A DNA stretch of 58,402 nt, filler included, from Sluysia triapertura (GCA_046118255.1; 4 parts of 4 records of this genome joined end to end with filler, not necessarily neighbours in it), one strand, 5' to 3'. Counted from the first letter of the whole stretch, positions 25,901 to 40,133 are shown. Notes: generated by a model from the sequence alone, not told the origin. Made by a program: numbers and translations.

Positions 25901-27146
25901 TTTTGAATTAATATTTAAAAATCAAACAATATTTCGAAGAAAACCTGGAAAACCTGTTGAAATAAGTGTATGGAATACTGAAAAGTGAAAGACATGTGAA
26001 ATTTTGGGTTTGTCTTTTAAGGTAGTTACTGAAACAAAAATAATATTCAAATTAATATAATAATATAATACAATTAATATTTAATATAATATATAATTAA
26101 TAATAACATTAAAATTATCCTTTTAAAATCATTTAATTTTAATTTTTGAATTATTTAATGATTTATAAATTAAAATGACCACTTTAAATGTCGTTTTCAA
26201 TATATACTAAAAAATAATTTCATCGAAATATAAGCTTAAAACTTTATTAAATTAATTTTAATTAATTACAGGTTTAAACTTTCTTAATGTTCGCACAATA
26301 AAATTTAAAGTTTGTTTTAGTTTTTTATATTCAATATTATATAATTGTTTACAATGTTATTTGTTGTTTATGATTTGTTTATGATTATCCGCCAATACCT
26401 CATTTTGGGACATATTTTCAAATATTTTTCTTTCAATAACTATTACTTTTAAAAATAATGAGATCATATTACTTATTAAATGCCATTATGCAGTTAATTT
26501 AATTTTTTTATATTTTTGAATTGCGTGTTGTAATAAAGACTTTTTTATTTATTGATTATTGTTAATTAATTTTATAAAACTGAACATATTTTTGATTAAT
26601 TTGTTAATAAGCTGTTAGAAACATATAAATCTTTATTTTTGTCTTATCTTTTGTTAGCAGAAGCATTAAAAATATCTTTATAAATTATGATTTTCACAAA
26701 CTTTAAGGTTTTAATAATTAAAAAAGAAACAAGAAACATTTTTATATAATTCTTTTTATTGGAGAATTGAAACACTATAAGTATATTGTGAGGATTACAA
26801 TACACACATTTTAATTATTGTAAAATACCTAATTTATAGAAACACATTAAACGAATTTCTGAATTCTACATTTTCAGTTGACAATTAAATAATTACGCAG
26901 TGGTATATAGTTGTTAAGGCTTAAACAGTGCTGTTAGGATTCTTAAGAGCTTGGATGAAGAAAAATACATGATTAAAAACTATTCGATTTACGTTGCTTA
27001 ATCAAAAGGACTCAAAGATGAAATCATCTGTTAAATTAATTAAATTAAAATTAAATTAATACTAAAAATTAAAAATTATTGATAAAAATAATTATTGAAA
27101 TAAATAAAATTAGTAATAAAAAATAGTTATTATTATTATTTTTAAA

Positions 27147-27680
27147 CCAGCTACACCTGGCCACGTAATTATGGGTATACAATGTTTTTGTTATTCTATA
27201 ACCTGTTCAGAGATTGTCTGGTTTTCCGACTCTAGAACAGACATAAGTATCAATGTTTTTTTAAATCGAATTTTAAAGATTGGTCCTGAGATTTGGAATT
27301 GCTATTTCTATCCGTTGAAATCAGAGGAATGCGAGGAATAAGGATATCTTTAAAAGATCATGTGAAGATAATTTATTCTACAATGTTGCCTTTTAATTTT
27401 TCTTTACTGAAAGCTCTGTGTCGTTGAAAAGTTTTCTTGGTTGATATTTCGCAACGTTATAACTGACACGCCGATTTTCAACTGCAGTATGTGCAGTGGT
27501 ATTCCTGGTAGATCGAGTGAATTCAGAAATTCTTTTGGATAATCAACAACTTCCACACAGTGACTGAATAATATTGTTAAATTCCTAGACATCTTTGTTC
27601 TTGGTCACAAGAGTAGCTTATTCACTCAGCCAATTGTGATTCTTATAAATGGTTTTAATATTTGTAAATACTTATTTCAA
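27147..27680 (-). mobile_element. Helitron RepHel PIF1-like helicase C-terminal relic with 3' terminus
   Basis: YKNHNWLSE*ATLVTKNKDV, DYPKEFLNSLDLPGIPLHILQLKIGVSVITLRNINQ, ILIPRIPLIST, SQ.QSLK, CSRVGKPDNL and KNIVYP are typical Helitron helicase motifs. Ends CGTGGCCAGGTGTAGCTGG|T (CTRR terminus). Confidence 0.92.
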
Positions 27681-28072
27681 AATAAAAACAGGAAAAATAA
27701 GCATAAGTTAGACTTATTATTTCTAAAAAAATGATATTTCTAGAAAATGATGTCAGAATATCTCGGCTGATCGATCGTTTTGCTTCCGGGATTGCATATT
27801 TGTAGTTTATAAAACCAAACGATTATTCGAATGCGACATTGTTTTATAATTTCGAAGAACATTCTGAGATTTAAAATGTTATTATAAAATTAATAATAAA
27901 ATTTATAATAATAGTTAATAATGTAATTACTAATCATATTAATAGTTAAAATAATAATGACAATAATTTTAATAATTAAAATTAATAGACAAGAAAGATG
28001 GTAATAAAACATATATTTTAGAGTTTTAAATTGATAAAAGTACATGTTTTAATTAACTTAATTAGATAAATT

Positions 28073-29200
28073 TGTGGTGGCCAACTTTATCATTCAAAAT
28101 CTTGAATACATTACAACATACTAAAGTTTACAATTGTACAACATTAAAACCATAAATTACATCAAAACCATTAAAGTTGTATTTTAAATTCAAATTTAGT
28201 AATATGTTAAATGTAATTTCGCTCAACACCTTCAATTTCATTAAATCTCTCTCTCAATTTCTCTTTTCTTTAATTTTTTATTATTCTTCTTTGTTCTCAT
28301 TTTATGTAATTTTATGTAATTGTAATCTTCCTTCAGCAATTAATTTTTGACACAAATTCTAAATTCAGCAGTTTGAAGCTTAATTACTTTAGCATTAGGC
28401 AATGGTTAAAAAAATTTGTAAAGTATTTAAGGCATTAGTAGAACGAGAAATTGCAAGAAGCATACCTGCTCAACAGGATCAGAACAATAGATAAGTTACG
28501 AACCGCAAAAATACTTGAACAAGATATACCTTCACAGATTCATAAATATAAGACAGAATCATATGTAAGAATAAATGAGTAAGAATCAAATCTAAGGAAA
28601 GAACACGAAGAACAAATTTTTAAGAAAGAAACATTTGTAAAAGATATAAAAAGAAATAAAAGAAATAAAAAGACAAAGACTTTATTTAAAGATCTGCATG
28701 CATCTATGTTATTCATTCTATTCTATTGTTGCTTTTTATATTCAATGTATCCAACCTCTTTAAGGCTACAAAAGAACAAATGTAAAAAATTTTGAAACAA
28801 GAAACACAATTAATGTCTAATAAAGAAATATGTAATGGTGAAGAATACATATTATCGCAGAAGAATTTAATTGTTGCATGTCTTTTTATTTTTATTCTAT
28901 CATTTATTATTATTTATTTTATTTTATTATTATTAATCTTACTTTATTTTATTATTATTATTATTATTATTAATTACATTATTACAAAGTTATTATCATT
29001 ATTGATTGTTATTTTTATTATTTACAATTTAATTATATTAACTGTCAGTTTGGACATTATTCAATTTGCTTTAGACAGTTTCTATCACCATGTTACAGTC
29101 CTTAATTGCAGAAATTTTTAATTAATATTGTGTCGCAACAAACTACCTACAAATTTTATTGGCTTTGTAATTTTTATTGGTAATCTTAATTGACTGACCA
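28073..29200 (+). mobile_element. 5' LTR-like segment of the TGTGGTG family
   Basis: TGTGGTGGCCAAC, CA-rich tract, AGAAATAAAAAGACAAAGA, then an ATT-rich tract. Colinear with 43261-44200 and upstream of CCCH copy D. Confidence 0.55.
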
Positions 29201-29419
29201 TTAACAATTGAGATAAATTGCTCACACAAATATTATATTTTAAAAACAAATTTTAACTTAAACTTATACTAATCAATTTATGAACATTTGTTATAGTTTC
29301 AAAGAAAATTAAAAATCTCATTTTCATATTTATTGTTTAATTCATTTAACCTTAGTTAAGGACACGTCATCAATATCCTCTATTATTTGATCGATTTTGT
29401 TTAGAAATAAAACTTTAAA

Positions 29420-30332
29420 ATGATGCATAAAAGCAATGATCAAATTTTGAATATCTCCAAATATTTAAATAACTAGTTTTCTAAAATTTCCATACAACAA
29501 TATATTGATTCGATAATTTGGAGTAAAGTAATCAGTTATTTATTTGGTTCCACGTTAAAAAACAAGACAAATGATCAAACCAACCGATTAATAAATATGA
29601 TGTTAAACGAATTGAAAATTGTAATAATTTTTGAATCTAGTGCTTTTGATAATGATTTCTTAGATTCATTTATTTATTCTAATTTAATTCTGAAGAATGT
29701 CATCCATGAAATGAAACATAGTTTAAATGATGAAAACCTACTCACATAATCGATTCGCATAATCATTCTCATCAAAATACAAGAGATACAGAACCACCAA
29801 TTAATATATGTTATTACAAAAATGGTCAATGTGTTCTAGGTACTTCAGAAGCTGGCGAATGCCTTATGTATGGTAAACATTGTAAATATTTTCATAGCCT
29901 AACATATTTACAATGTCTTTCATATGATGACAAGATATTACTATGCATTCAGAACGAATTGCAAACCTATTGGCAACATTGAGATCAAAATCAATACTAA
30001 CAAGTCATTCCTTTATTAGCAATACATTTCTTGATATGTCAAACGATCTAGTTTTGAACAATTTAGGAACTTATGTTAAAAACAAAAATTCATTCTTTCA
30101 GGTGAACTATTATATTTCAAAGTTATATTATAATGATAATGATTTCGTCTATTCTTTCAGAACCAATAGTGGCATGTATAAATCAGCATATTCAAAACAT
30201 TTTAGGCTTTTGGCATTATATAAACGTTTTAGTTTAAACTGTTTGTTTAATAATTACATAAACTATGTATCAAATATATGTTCTGTTGTTACATTAATTA
30301 CTTATTCTATGAAGTTGTATTTGAAAAACTAA
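29420..30332 (+). pseudogene. CCCH-family ORF copy D
   Basis: Finger YYKNGQCVLGTSEAGECLMYGKHCKYFHSL (about 29811-29900), then a frameshift into HSERIANLLATLRSK...YSKHFRLLALYKRFSLN...SNICSVVTLITYSMKLYLKN*. Confidence 0.8.
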
Positions 30333-30567
30333 ATAAAGGAAGAATTTTATTTGAAATAAATAAAATTAATTAAATTAATTATTTGGATAAAAACTTAATT
30401 ATTCTTAAATTCAATAAATTAAAATTTCTATTAAAAATAAGTAAATCTAAAACATTCTTTAATAATCTAAACATATACCATCCAAAAAATTAAACTACAT
30501 TTGGGTCTAAAGAGTACAATTAAAAATTGTATAATTAATTCCAATGAAAATAAATTGTCAGACTTAC

Positions 30568-30655
30568 CTAATAACTGAAATAGTCAAAGTATCGAATTCC
30601 GCAGCGAGAAAGCTCGGTCTCGATTTCCGTTTAGTCAATTTTACGAAGTTTAACA
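30568..30655 (-). CDS. Probable internal exon of an unidentified gene
   Basis: GC-richer 88-nt block between AAAG| and AG|GTAAGT, open as LNFVKLTKRKSRPSFLAAEFDTLTISVI. Confidence 0.35.
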
Positions 30656-31744
30656 CTTTATTATTATATTTTTTAATGTCAAATAATTAAAAATAAGAAA
30701 TAATAATAATTATTATTATGATCATAAATTTGCTTGAATAATTATCTTTATTGTTATTAAACAATTCCTATTAAACTTAAAAAAATATTTTACATTTACT
30801 TAATTTATAATAATTATTATTTATTATGAATGATTTATTTTAATAAATAAAAGTTGTTAATGGATTGTTGATGAAATTATTGAAAATCGGTAAAATATTG
30901 AAAAAGTGTTAGACAAAAATTGACATATTGTAACATATTTTAAATACATATTGTAAAAACATATTGTAAATACATTTGTATTTAACTGTAGAAAATGTTC
31001 AAAGTTCATTCTTTCTAATCCTGAATGGAACAACGTGAACGTAGTTAATTTTTCGTGTTTATTGTCTTCTTTTTTGGTCGCAATTTTATGTATAATGAAT
31101 ATATATATCACCATATAGTATCACTAGCCTAAATAATAATTCAAAATTTTATTCCAATCTCAAACCATATTCAATACTTATTCAATTCAATAAATTAATT
31201 AAATAAATCATATTTATTCTCTTTTGTTTTACTGAAAATTAATAAATAATCGATTTCAAGTATATATACCAATGTTAATAAATAGTTTTAAGATATTTGT
31301 TTTTTTATAAAAGCATAAATTTAGAAATATATTACAATGTTGTTTTAAATAACGAAAAACATAAGAAAAATAAAATATATTTTCACAAAACTTTGTATGA
31401 GCAAATGCAGGTGTTCGAAGAATTTTTTAACATAAATATATATATTTATTGTATACTTAAAAGTTTAAAATAAAATATAATTTCCTTTGAAAAATATTAA
31501 TAATTCGACATTTTATCTATACTTAGATACGTAACTAAAAGAAAGAAGTATATGGTGATACATTGATTCAGAAATTAAAATAGACGAAAATATTAATTTT
31601 ATTGTTAAATATGTGTACATATTATTATGTGCATATTATGTATGTATGTACTGGTATATTGTATTCAATAACGTTCAGAAAAGTGCAAAAAAGCAAAATT
31701 CTATTTATTTTGAAATATAATGAATGCTTTACTTTAAACGCTTT

Positions 31745-31799
<55 letters not shown>

Positions 31800-33556
31800 G
31801 AATACGTACTTTTAAATTTTGTAAATATATTTTAATAATTTCGTTATAAAATTATAGCTTTTTTACATATGTGAATTATAAAGCTGGATATATTGCATGA
31901 ACAAAAATCAGTGCTGAAAAATTGGAAACGTGCCGAATTTTCAATGAATCTTCATTTGATTTAACCAATATTAACTTTATTTTTGTTAATGCACTAATAT
32001 GTAACTGAATTATTTTGCATGATGACTTTGACAATTCTTTAATGCAATCTTCAATTATAAACATGTTTATCATTTTTATTTCTTTTGCAATTTACTGGAA
32101 AAATAAGTAAATATATTAACTTATTAATATTCGTATCGAATTAAATAAAGTTTATATAAAATAAGCGAAACATAACTTATAACACTTACCTAAATCAACA
32201 TATTTTGCAGATATATCCTGTTCTACTAAAAATGTTCATTAGAAGACACATTTTAGCAATTTTTTTCTGGTTGACACTTATTTTCTGGGCTTGATGGATG
32301 TGCAAAAATGAACATAACCAGAAATGTTGAAATACATTGGAAATAATAATATCATAGGCGACATCTGCTAATAATCTTCTAAGAAATTATTACGAATGTT
32401 TGAGAGCGTTATACGTCTTTAATTATTTGAAGTTCAATGTTTAGTATCATATTATTACCACAGATTAAATATAATATGATTTTGTATCTATATTGAATTT
32501 TTAAAAGCTTTTTTACATAAGAATTCTTTTAAACTTCTTCTTAAAGATGCATACTATCTTAGGTTTATCAATTAAGTGATACTTTATCAGTGTATTATTA
32601 TCGTTAAAGGTGATTAAAGTTTGTTTTAAATTTTATTTTTTTAATAATAGAAATAAGGTTTTTTTCAACATCAATACTCGATAGACAAAAAATTTAATTC
32701 ATTTGGTACACTCAATTCTATATTAATATTAAAATTTTAATTTTAATATTTCGTTCACTGACTCAACATGATCAACAAGAAAACGCCGCATTTTAATTTT
32801 AACGAATAATTACTTATCTTTAATTCAATTAAAAGTAAATAAGAAACGCATTAAATTCATATTAATAAATTTTATCAAAAAAAACAAATAGAATGAAGCA
32901 CTTACTATTATGTTCAAAAAATACAAAATTCTGCACAATTTAAATAAGCGATTTTTCGAAATTTGTCTACTTCGTCAATGGGTGTTTTACTTTTTTCAAT
33001 ATTTTCATACTTCTTCATACTATCTATCCTATTTAACGATACCGGTAGGAAGTACTGGTTCATTAATGCTATATCATATTTACATAAAGACGAAAATATC
33101 TATTTTAAATAAATTTTAATATTAATATATTTTTTAATATATTTTTTTCAATATATATTTTTCAATATATATTTTTCAATATATATTTTTTAATATATAT
33201 TTGTTAATATATTTTTCAATATATTTCTAAAACATCGTATATAAAATAAATAAATATAATTAATATTTAATAATTAAAAACACTTCAATTATTATCAAAA
33301 TATTTACAAAATGTAAAATTCAAAACATCCTAAAAAAGTGTACACGAAAAGTTGTAAAACTTAAAGTCAATTAAATTAATAATAAAAAGAAAATAGTTTT
33401 GTATAAACAAAATTTTTATAGAAGAAAATCGAAGTAATTTATTTAATGGGAAAGCAATTATTGTATTTTTATAAAAAAAATGATGCATTAATCACTATTT
33501 ATCCAATTTATGAAATGTAAGTAAATGGAAATAAACATGTTTCCTTAAAGTTAGTA

Positions 33557-33598
<42 letters not shown>

Positions 33599-33693
33599 TT
33601 AACTCTTGATGATCGAAATAATGTTATGCTACGAAGAAGTATTTCACAGAATGTAATGACTGTTAATATATTATTATAAGATATACATAGAGA

Positions 33694-33793
33694 NNNNNNN
33701 NNNNNNNNNNNNNNNNNNNNNNNNNNNNNNNNNNNNNTTAATTAATTAANNNNNNNNNNNNNNNNNNNNNNNNNNNNNNNNNNNNNNNNNNNN
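33694..33793. other. Artificial assembly spacer
   Basis: N44-TTAATTAATTAA-N44. Confidence 0.97.
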
Positions 33794-35855
33794 CCAAATC
33801 AAATATCCAACTAAATTTTTATTCCAATTATTTTCCAAACGTTGAATTAGAGCTTTTCTTTTTCAGCTTGTCTATAAAATTCTGTTTGCTTTATCACTTA
33901 TTAAAATTTAATTCGTAAACTTTCTTTATATACTCTCTAATAATATTTGGCTGTCGTAAAATAAATATTCGTTGATTTAAAATAAATTGGTCTAATAAAT
34001 ATCCGTTGATTTAGCATAAATATTCAATTTAATATACACTTTTGTTAAACTTCCTTTAATTTTTTAAACTGCGTTACCATGTTTATTAATGATTTGTTCA
34101 GCGCATAAATAAAGATTTTCGTACAAATAAATGATTTGTTTATAAATAAATGATTAATAATATTATGATTTCCGCATAAACAAACCATTTAATTATTACA
34201 TTCGTCCGTTTTAAATGAATATCCGATTTAGTTTAATATCCTTTTTGAATAAATATTGTTTATTTTCGAATTATAATTAAAATACATTTTATTATTATTT
34301 ATAAATTATCATTAATTATTATTATTTCTTTACATATTATTTTCATTTAAAATTATTTACAAAATTAAAATTGCTACAATTATTAAAATTATTTACAAAA
34401 ATTACAAATTGCTACAAAATATTTACAAAAATTTACAAATTGCTACAATATTATTCTTTACAAATAATATTATTCTTTACATAATTTATCCTTACCAATA
34501 GTTAATAAGAATTCGCCTGTGATCCTAGGCTTGCTATGTAAGATTTTGAATAATCTTAATATATAAAGTAATACACTATTGATTTTAATATGTTAGGACT
34601 TAAACCACGTTATATCTAACGTCAGATATATTAATGAATTTTTACTGATCCAGATTAAAGGATCGAATAGTTTTCCAAAAATTTAATAGTTAATATTCTC
34701 TATTGAATTTTTTTTGGATATTTTTGATTAACTTTCATTAATACAACTTTATGTAAAGAAAATTTTCATTATAGAATATAAATGATTTTATTTGATTAGT
34801 TTATATAGAATATAATATAAATTATAAATATATAATTATAAATTATAAATATAGAATATAATATAAGAATAAATGGATTATATAATTTATAAAGAATATT
34901 GTTTACATTTTTTTATTCACATAGAAATAGGAGTATAATGAAAACCTGGTTAAATATTCAATATTTATAAACCGTGGTTCCGAATTACGAGAATGTTAAT
35001 TACTGAACTCTATTTAAAACCGCAACTGTTTCTAAAATTATTTATAAAAATGTTTAAACTTTTTTGCGAGCAGACTATAGTAATTTTAACAATTTTATCT
35101 TATTGTTTTAATTACATTTAAATTCTTATTTTTTATATGTTAAAGGTTATTGACCTAATCTTGATTAAAAACTTTTATTATTACTAAAGTTATTATTATT
35201 TTTATTTTATTAAAACAAATTAATTTAATTTAACTTTTTAAACATTTTAAATTTAGATGTATTAATTTTAATTTAAATAAATTAAATAAATTTATATTAT
35301 AAATAAATTTTAAATACACAAATACAACTAAAAATTAATTATAAAAACTAAAGATAATTATCACAAGAGAACATATGTTCATTAACCAATCTGACATTTT
35401 ATTAATACTCGCTTTACTCTAAATTCTACCGTACTGTAAGCTGTAACACTTTATCATAGCAACATGATAGTAAAACAAATATAAAAACTCGAGTAATGAA
35501 ATTGTTCGTTTAAGAATACTATCCTTAGAAAGTTGATGAATAACCGAAAAATAAATTGTAAAATCTATTGTCAAATTCATTATTTTTAAATTTGTAGTTA
35601 GTAGAAATAATTTTAATATTACAAAAGCAGATGAAGTAGACTACAAGGAAACATAAGTTTATAATTGATCAAAGTTTTGTTGGTTTTTTTAACGGAGTCT
35701 GACAATAATACTGCTCAATTGTACTCCCGATTTACAAAGATCTTCAAATAATTTGTTAGGAATTTCATGGATAATTGAAATATGAAAACATTGGGATATA
35801 GGCCTAAGGTGCCACCTGGCATGGTTGACTATTCTAATATAAAAATTATTAGACG

Positions 35856-35927
35856 GGACTAATAGCTCAGTGGTTGAGCATGGAACGGCGCAGTGAGAGG
35901 TTCCGGATTCGATCCCCGATCAGTCCA
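35856..35927 (+). pseudogene. tRNA-Ala-derived pseudogene or SINE head (72 nt)
   Basis: A box TAGCTCAGTGG, D stem GCTC/GAGC, B-box-like GGATTCGATCC, acceptor GGACTAA/TCAGTCC, followed by TTTT. The anticodon stem does not pair. GTGAGAGGT resembles invertebrate tRNA-Ala. Confidence 0.75.
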
Positions 35928-36538
35928 TTTTATGAAGTCTAACAAAAAAGTTGTAAAGATTTAAAGCATAAAATGCATAATGAAAACTTCGTTGAACGAT
36001 CTCTACAATTTTTCTAACAAGTGTCAGTCAATCTAGATTAACTTTTAAATAAAGGTTTTAACAAAGCCAACCAATATTTAACATCTCAAATATTCGAATA
36101 GATTTTACTTAGTTTTAACCTATGATAATGTATGATTAGGTTATTTTTGTTCATTGAATTGTGAAAGTAGTTTTGATAATATCAAAACTTAACCATAATT
36201 ATTATTTGTTACTTAATTTTTAATTTATATCACTTTTTACATTATTTAAAAATTGATTGAATTATGCGTAATTATGAATTGTGCACATTTTGTAAAGGTG
36301 TAGTAAAACAAAAAGTTTTAAATAATTTAAAGTGATTTAAATAATAACATTTGTTCTCTTTTCCGCCTGTTAAATTTCTATGAATTTAAATATTGGTTTA
36401 AAAAAAATTAATGCAACAAAAAAAGCAATAATATTATGGTCATAACAATACTGCATAATATATTGTATAATATAAAACGTATAATACAAAACAATGATTC
36501 TAAAATATAAAAAATGCACATCGAATCCAAATTGATTT

Positions 36539-36738
36539 TCAAGTGCCAAATGATAATCTTAAGCCTCCATCAATTCTTATAAGTGCACCATTTATCATTC
36601 GATTTTCAATAATTTTTTGAACACAATGAGCAAATTCATCTGGTGTTCCCAACCGTTCCGGAAACAAGGTATGAAAAATATAAGCATCTTTCATTCTAGC
36701 TTCAAGGTTCATATTAATGTCATCGTTTTCAAAAATGC
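36539..36738 (-). CDS. HSD17B10: Last exon of 3-hydroxyacyl-CoA dehydrogenase type-2 (HSD17B10/scully-like SDR)
   Basis: TTTAG acceptor, then GIFEND...HTLFPERLGTPDEFAHCVQKIIENRMINGALIRIDGGLRLSFGT*. Compare HSD17B10 [38 protein letters not shown]. Upstream exons not located. Confidence 0.88.
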
Positions 36739-37225
36739 CTAAATTAAAATTATTTACAATATTTCTGCTGAAATATAATCATAATTTAAAAACTTAATAC
36801 AATTACATGAAAAAATTAAGTATGCTTAAGCATAAATCATTAATACATATTAGAAAAAAATATAATTTATTTGGCAAGAAAATAAACCTGATATCTTCTA
36901 TACATACTGAGTTAAAGTGTTATTTTAGATTTGGTGAGCATGGTTTTATTTATGGCACTTCATATCAGAAGTAATTTTTTGTCATTCGCAACACATCAAA
37001 GCATTTAACAAGGACTAAAAACTGAAAATTAAAAGGAAAAAGGTAGCACAAAGATTCTCTGGTATATTCTGTTCTCTGTTCAATAATAAACAAAAAAGAT
37101 TAGAAAAATTGCTTCCGTTAATTAAAATCTATTAAATATTAAATAAATATTAGATTTATTTTAGATTTTCTATTATATTAAATTTATAATTTGTTGTATT
37201 TTTTAATTAAATAATTTCGTTAGGT

Positions 37226-37800
37226 TGTCTTCACAAATTTAATACAAAAAGGCAAGTAATATTATTAAATTCCTTCTAGAATTTTCGAGAAATTCCACTG
37301 ATTTTGATTGGTTGATAACTAGTACACATGTACTGCCATTAGTCTAATTTCTTTTCACAATTTATTAACGTGAATTAAAAAACACGAATTATAAGTAAAA
37401 AATTTGTTTTTGGACAACTGTCTTTTTCCAGAAGATCAACACCAAATTTATATCAATTCATTTGTAAAACTTTAGTAGAGAAATTTTAGTAATCAATTAC
37501 AAATTACCGATCCGTGACTATGTGTCGAGTTGGAAACAAAATTATCAACATTGATCAGTTTCAGCCGATTCAACCCAGCATTGTTCTTTTGAGTATTCAA
37601 TAAGTTATTTTTGTAAAGTAGCTTCAATCCCCGGGATTGAAATATTAAAATCTAACTTAAAATTTCATTTCATTTTTTATGCCCTGATTGAATTAGGGAA
37701 AAATTTATATTTAAAATCATAACATTTATAATTAAATTTCTCAAAAGATTTTAATTAAAAACTATCAATTTTTATTATCCCTTTTATTGTTAAGATAAGT
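37226..37800 (+). mobile_element. Diverged copy of the TGTCATCAC LTR-like family
   Basis: GTTAGGT|TGTCTTCAC...TTCTAGAA...GATTTTGATTGGTTGATAACTAGTA...CCCTGA..AGGGAAAAAT. Confidence 0.6.
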
Positions 37801-38151
37801 GTTGCCTTTATTGTTAAAATTAAAATTAACAGTAAAATATTAAAGTAGCTGTCAACATATTCTTAAAATTTCCATATTATCGGCAACGTTAATATCCAAT
37901 ATTTTAAATTCTATTTTTATGAAATATTTAAAGAAAATATAAAATACTTGATTGTTAATCGAAAACGTGAAAGGATAATAAATGAAACTATTATTTAAAA
38001 TTGAGAATATATAAAAATAGTACGAAACTATGAGAACAAAACTACTATGAAATATGCATGGAAAATAATAATAAGCTGTATCTGTAATGAAATGTAACTG
38101 AATATGAATTATAGAACTGAACAGTATGTATGAAAAGTAATAGTAATAGTA

Positions 38152-38213
<62 letters not shown>

Positions 38214-39722
38214 CTATGTACAAAAAAATAAAAATAAATGTAGTAATGAACTGATACGATGATGATAATAAACCATTTAAATTTATAAATTGTACATAAT
38301 AATAACTCTACATCAATTTTCTATATTTTGATAACTTTGTATAAATTTTAATAATAAATGCGTATATTATGAGTAATAAAATTAACAGTGATATTAAAAT
38401 TCTAACATTAACAATTGAGTCTTATAATAATTATCCATAATAAATTTTATATAAATCGCAATTTTATAACTGGGAAAAGAAGTATAAATAGCGGCGAAAG
38501 GAGTAAACAAAACACACGCAAGCTCAGATAAAGAAAAGAAAAGAAAAGAAGATATTGCAACGACTATTTTGGTGAAAGACAATACTAATTTAAATTTCAA
38601 CTCCCAACTTATTGATTCGAACATTTGTTTTGGACTAATTACATCCTGCTCTCAGAACTGTCTGGTAAGATAACTATTTCCAGTATAAATTTCGAGTATA
38701 TCATTTAATATAAATTACATTTTTTGATTAATTAAAAACAATTATAAACCAGTGTTTAATTTGAAATAATGAATCTCATTATTATCAAAATGTTTCTAAG
38801 ATTCTACGATTCTAAAAAACTATCAATTAAAGATGCAAATACTGATTCAATTGTTAGAAATATTGTATGATGAAAGATACAATATTCAAATTCATCATAA
38901 AGTTATTACAAATTGGATCATTGCACATGTAAGGAAAGTTATCAATTAAAGATGCATTAACTTATGAAGGATCCATCTTCTCAGCTTACGATTATTTCCT
39001 GTTGAAGATGAACATTTTAATATTGTGCTTATTATTGATTTACAAATATTAATTATAAATTTCTGTACCTACAATATCTATTTAAGTTTTTATTATGCTT
39101 ATTTTATTTTATCGGGACATTTTACAAAATTACTAAAACTCATAACCAAAATCTATTAGAATATTTAAAGTTTTTGGACTTTAAAGTATATTTAATAATA
39201 AATTGTAACGTTGTTAATCTGTTAGCTTGTACACATTCGTCAATTACAAGAGTTGTGATTATTTATATGCAACCACCAAAAAAAGTTAAAAAATTGCTTA
39301 CTCTTTGTAATTATACTTTAAATAAGTTTTAAAAATAAAAAGGGGATTAATATACAGTTATAAATTGTCATGCGTTGTTTGGTTAATTTTGCGCGTCATT
39401 TAAAACATCGTTAAAATATTATTACAGAAAGACTAAATATCTCTTGCTAAATTAACCTAGGTGTTACTAGAAATCTAATTTATAACGAATTATAAACTCA
39501 ACACTAATCCTATAATTAAGACATATTTCTATAAACCTATTTCAGAAGTTATTGTAAATATAAATACCTGAGTTAATTACTTGAAAAAGCTACTTAACTG
39601 TATTGCATTTAAATGCTATGGACAAGCCTTTAATTGTGTAAATCTCGGAGTATCACTGGCGAACTCTTTAATATAAGATTTTAAAATACAATTATCATTG
39701 CAGATTGTACACAGTAAACTAC

Positions 39723-39752
39723 ATCATGTAATACTCGCGAGTATTACATGAT
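39723..39752. repeat. Perfect 30-bp spacer-less palindrome
   Basis: ATCATGTAATACTCGCGAGTATTACATGAT equals its own reverse complement. Confidence 0.95.
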
Positions 39753-39976
39753 ACAGCTTAAAAACATAAATAAATAAAACTTTGTATTCTTATTTTTAAT
39801 ACGATCTTAACATTTGTGAGTGATACTAAATATTAAATTCTAAACCTTGACAATCGAAATATATTCAGTTTCAAAAGTTATTATATGGTGTTATAATACA
39901 TAATGAATATAGTAACAATATGTTTATTATGTAAAAAAGTTGCAGTTACCAAAAAACATTATTCAAACATTCATAA

Positions 39977-40133
39977 TTACTTCATTTCTGGCCGCTGACG
40001 CAGTAATGCGTCATTTTTTATTCGAAATCCAGTATCCGCTGGCGTAGTGATACGTTTTTTTTGACAGAATAACTTTGTTTGTGTTGCCATCAAACAGTCG
40101 ATTAAGAATTATTAACGGCCAGTTATGAGTTAA
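39977..40133. mobile_element. piggyBac-like MITE
   Basis: Left TTAC-TTCATTTCTGGCCG and right CGGCCAGTTATGAG-TTAA form imperfect TIRs with a TTAA target. Subterminal palindrome TGACGCAGTAATGCGTCA. Confidence 0.6.

Noticed and set aside
30540-30655. Spliced-leader RNA gene (TTATTAG|GTAAGT)
   Set aside because: Single copy, no clear Sm site or stem-loops, and the block has an upstream acceptor and an open frame; an ordinary exon is simpler.
31876-32420. Minus-strand exons of a host gene
   Set aside because: A GTAAG donor is present, but all frames are interrupted and no family was recognised; left unannotated.
35856-35927. Functional tRNA gene
   Set aside because: The anticodon stem is unpaired and there are mismatches in the T and acceptor stems.
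37852-38223. Poly-Tyr and hydrophobic ORFs (also 31602-31799, 28792-29121, 22597-23173)
   Set aside because: Products of TAT/ATT microsatellites and extreme AT bias, with no protein signature.
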